DNA of 64,000 nucleotides from Candidatus Hydrothermarchaeum profundi (GTDB lineage Archaea; Hydrothermarchaeota; Hydrothermarchaeia; Hydrothermarchaeales; Hydrothermarchaeaceae): NCBI GenBank assembly GCA_002011125.2, contig MTMF02000009.1, positions 1 to 64,000 of the forward strand, read 5' to 3'. Shown piece by piece: positions 62,219 to 64,000 of this stretch (position 1 is its first letter; each line of letters starts with the position of its first letter). The notes under the pieces were generated by a model. It saw only the letters and a program-made list of their open reading frames with translations, ran no database searches and was not told where the DNA came from. The position numbers and the translations under genes were made by a program.

Positions 62219-62656
62219 TCAAAGGTAGTCGATTCCTGAGACCGGGAACTTCAATCTAAAAATAAATCTAAAAGACATGATGACCAAAAGCAATGCCACC
62301 AGAAACAGAGAATTCCACAGATATAGAATATCTCTTTTCACCAAATAAAAAGCCATCATTATGCAAAAAACAAAGAGTGCGGTAAGAAAAGAAAATCTCA
62401 AAAAGATTACTACTGCTCTGGCGTAATCATCAGACACGACCTTGAGATAAGAAAATATGATAAAAGCCATTGAAGTGATGACGACAATCATTATAGAGTA
62501 GGCAATATAATACAAGCTACTCTTAAGTTTGAACAAAGAAGAGGCAAGAAAGTAAAATTCTATAAAAAATAAGCAGAACAAAAACCCATTAAAAATAATC
62601 TTAAAAGACAAATTCTTCGAATCAATGCTGGTTCTTGAGAAAGCCATAGTACACAT
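62219..62656 (-). CDS. Hypothetical four-TM membrane protein
   Basis: Four hydrophobic segments, F/L/I-rich. Confidence 0.55.
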   Translation of the reverse strand: MCTMAFSRTSIDSKNLSFKIIFNGFLFCLFFIEFYFLASSLFKLKSSLYYIAYSIMIVVITSMAFIIFSYLKVVSDDYARAVVIFLRFSFLTALFVFCIMMAFYLVKRDILYLWNSLFLVALLLVIMSFRFIFRLKFPVSGIDYL

Positions 62657-62751
62657 TTATCAAACACATATATTTTTATTTCGCCACCTTAGGATCCCCT
62701 CCCAAGTCCTAGATGCTCATCGGCTGGAAGCTGCTACTTTAGATCCTTACC

Positions 62752-63072
62752 CTATCCAAAAGCCCCAGCTATGGCCCATATCAAAGTTGTCACCAGAATT
62801 CCCACTATAATAATAGAGTATCTCGCTCTCCTATAATTGAAATCCCCTTTTCTTTTCATTTCATCTGTAGCACACGCCCCACTATAGGATGTTACATCAT
62901 AGAGATAGATATGGTGTGCAAGGCGTTCTCCCAATAGAATTACCACGGGATATGTCGCATAAATTGCCCACTTAAAGTCCTTCACAGCATATAAAAAGAA
63001 AAGAAGCAAATATAGAACAAAAAGAAGAGCTGGAGAACCATATTTCGGGATTCCACCATGACCGTTTGGCAT
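62752..63072 (-). CDS. Hypothetical three-TM membrane protein
   Basis: GGAGG SD; starts MPNGHGG; three hydrophobic segments. Confidence 0.65.
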   Translation of the reverse strand: MPNGHGGIPKYGSPALLFVLYLLLFFLYAVKDFKWAIYATYPVVILLGERLAHHIYLYDVTSYSGACATDEMKRKGDFNYRRARYSIIIVGILVTTLIWAIAGAFG

Positions 63073-63159
63073 TTCATTTCCCTCCAGCTCACATCACATT
63101 TTACCTCTTTGAACTCTACCAGATGTCATAGCCCTGGATCTCCTGCTCGCATCATCAAC

Positions 63160-63999
63160 TCACAACCGTTTCTTATCTTGAGGCACTGGCGACCCTCCTA
63201 TGGACAACGACATCCCTTCCAGTTGGTCCTGCAATGACATAGGGTAAGAAACAAGGCACTCTGGCAGGAGTTTCTTAATCCTCGATTTCTCTTCCTCGGA
63301 GAATCTGTTGTGTTCGAGGTCTGGGCACCATATATCCTCGAGGTAGAGGCACTCAAGATTCTGCAGGTTGCTGATTTCATCAGGAAGGCTCCTCAGACGA
63401 TTGCACCTTAAATCAAGCGTCCAGAGATTTTTAAGCTCCCCTATCTGAGGGGGCAGCCTGCCCAGACGGTTTGAGGACAAGTCAAGATATTCAAGGCTTT
63501 TTAGTTTTCCGATATCCTCCGGGAGTTCTGTAAGCATATTATCCCTTAACAAGAGATATCTCAGTTCTCTGAGCTTCCACACATCCTCCGGGAGCTCCCG
63601 GAGTCCCAAGTCCCGCAGGTCAAGCATCACCAGATCCCTGTTCTCACAGAGCCCATCCAAGGAACTGCTATGCCTCGTGCCCAGGGCTTCTGGCATGCTT
63701 TTGTAACTGAAGTTCTGCACCCTTAACCTGTCGTCCACCACGATTTCCACTCTCCCCAGCATTTCACCGGGGCGATGAGACAAACCGTCTCTTGGTGTTT
63801 GAAACAACATAACACAGGTTGCGTCAACCTCCCATCCACCTTTAATCTTCCTCCGGTAGTCTATTTTTATACTGCCTAGATAATAAGACCCTTCCCCGTC
63901 TATCCGTATCCAACAGCAGTGCCTTCTCTCAAAGGGCAGGTCCTTCCAAAGCTCTTTATCTATCACATCAATTACGAACTCTACTGTAATGTCTTCCAT
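63160..63999 (-). CDS. Leucine-rich-repeat protein (may extend beyond the window)
   Basis: About five 23-aa repeats LxxLxLxxNxLxxLPxxIxxL. ATCCTCCGGGAG recurs 69 nt apart (63514 and 63583). Confidence 0.85.
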   Translation of the reverse strand: MEDITVEFVIDVIDKELWKDLPFERRHCCWIRIDGEGSYYLGSIKIDYRRKIKGGWEVDATCVMLFQTPRDGLSHRPGEMLGRVEIVVDDRLRVQNFSYKSMPEALGTRHSSSLDGLCENRDLVMLDLRDLGLRELPEDVWKLRELRYLLLRDNMLTELPEDIGKLKSLEYLDLSSNRLGRLPPQIGELKNLWTLDLRCNRLRSLPDEISNLQNLECLYLEDIWCPDLEHNRFSEEEKSRIKKLLPECLVSYPMSLQDQLEGMSLSIGGSPVPQDKKRL

Positions 64000-64000
64000 T

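Noticed and set aside
63073-63159. TGATGA (box C-like) on the minus strand after the LRR gene
   Set aside because: No properly placed CTGA D or D' boxes and no terminal stem, so a C/D sRNA is not supported.

Overview
AT-rich archaeal chromosome segment. It looks euryarchaeal: a Hydrothermarchaeota/Methanomada-like gene set, GGAGGTGA Shine-Dalgarno sites and many TTG/GTG starts; the taxon is inferred, not determined. Most of the window is housekeeping: cdc48 (truncated), Clp1 kinase, R15P isomerase, an isolated ATP-synthase H/E pair, trkA, Na+-PPase, secDF, trmI, mptE, guaAA, pyrBI, ileS, rfcS, mptA, minD, a Ni/Co transporter with nikR, late cobalamin genes (cobQ, cbiB, cobZ, cobS, cobY), pheA and chorismate mutase, RaSEA, a split ArcS, hflX, lhr and sua5. 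An accessory tail from about 58 kb carries an HNH nuclease, a PIN toxin-antitoxin pair, a COG1373 ATPase and an LRR protein. The best candidate for an undescribed system is a three-gene cassette at 26080-28905, inside the cobalamin locus. It has (1) a TbsP-like winged-helix regulator; (2) a divergent 36-aa precursor gene missed by the ORF track (26732-26842: signal peptide plus GGGSSVGP), whose ribosome-binding site sits in a hairpin; and (3) a convergent cytoplasmic CHAT/caspase-like protease with an intact His-Cys dyad. Together these suggest an archaeal peptide-signalling or peptide-processing module. Other leads are an ArsR regulator fused to a transcobalamin-like domain (candidate B12 sensor, with its own palindromic operator) and a membrane-tethered transcription factor paired with secreted proteins. 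I saw no tRNA, rRNA, CRISPR array or IS element. Family assignments come from recognising motifs by eye; no searches were run.
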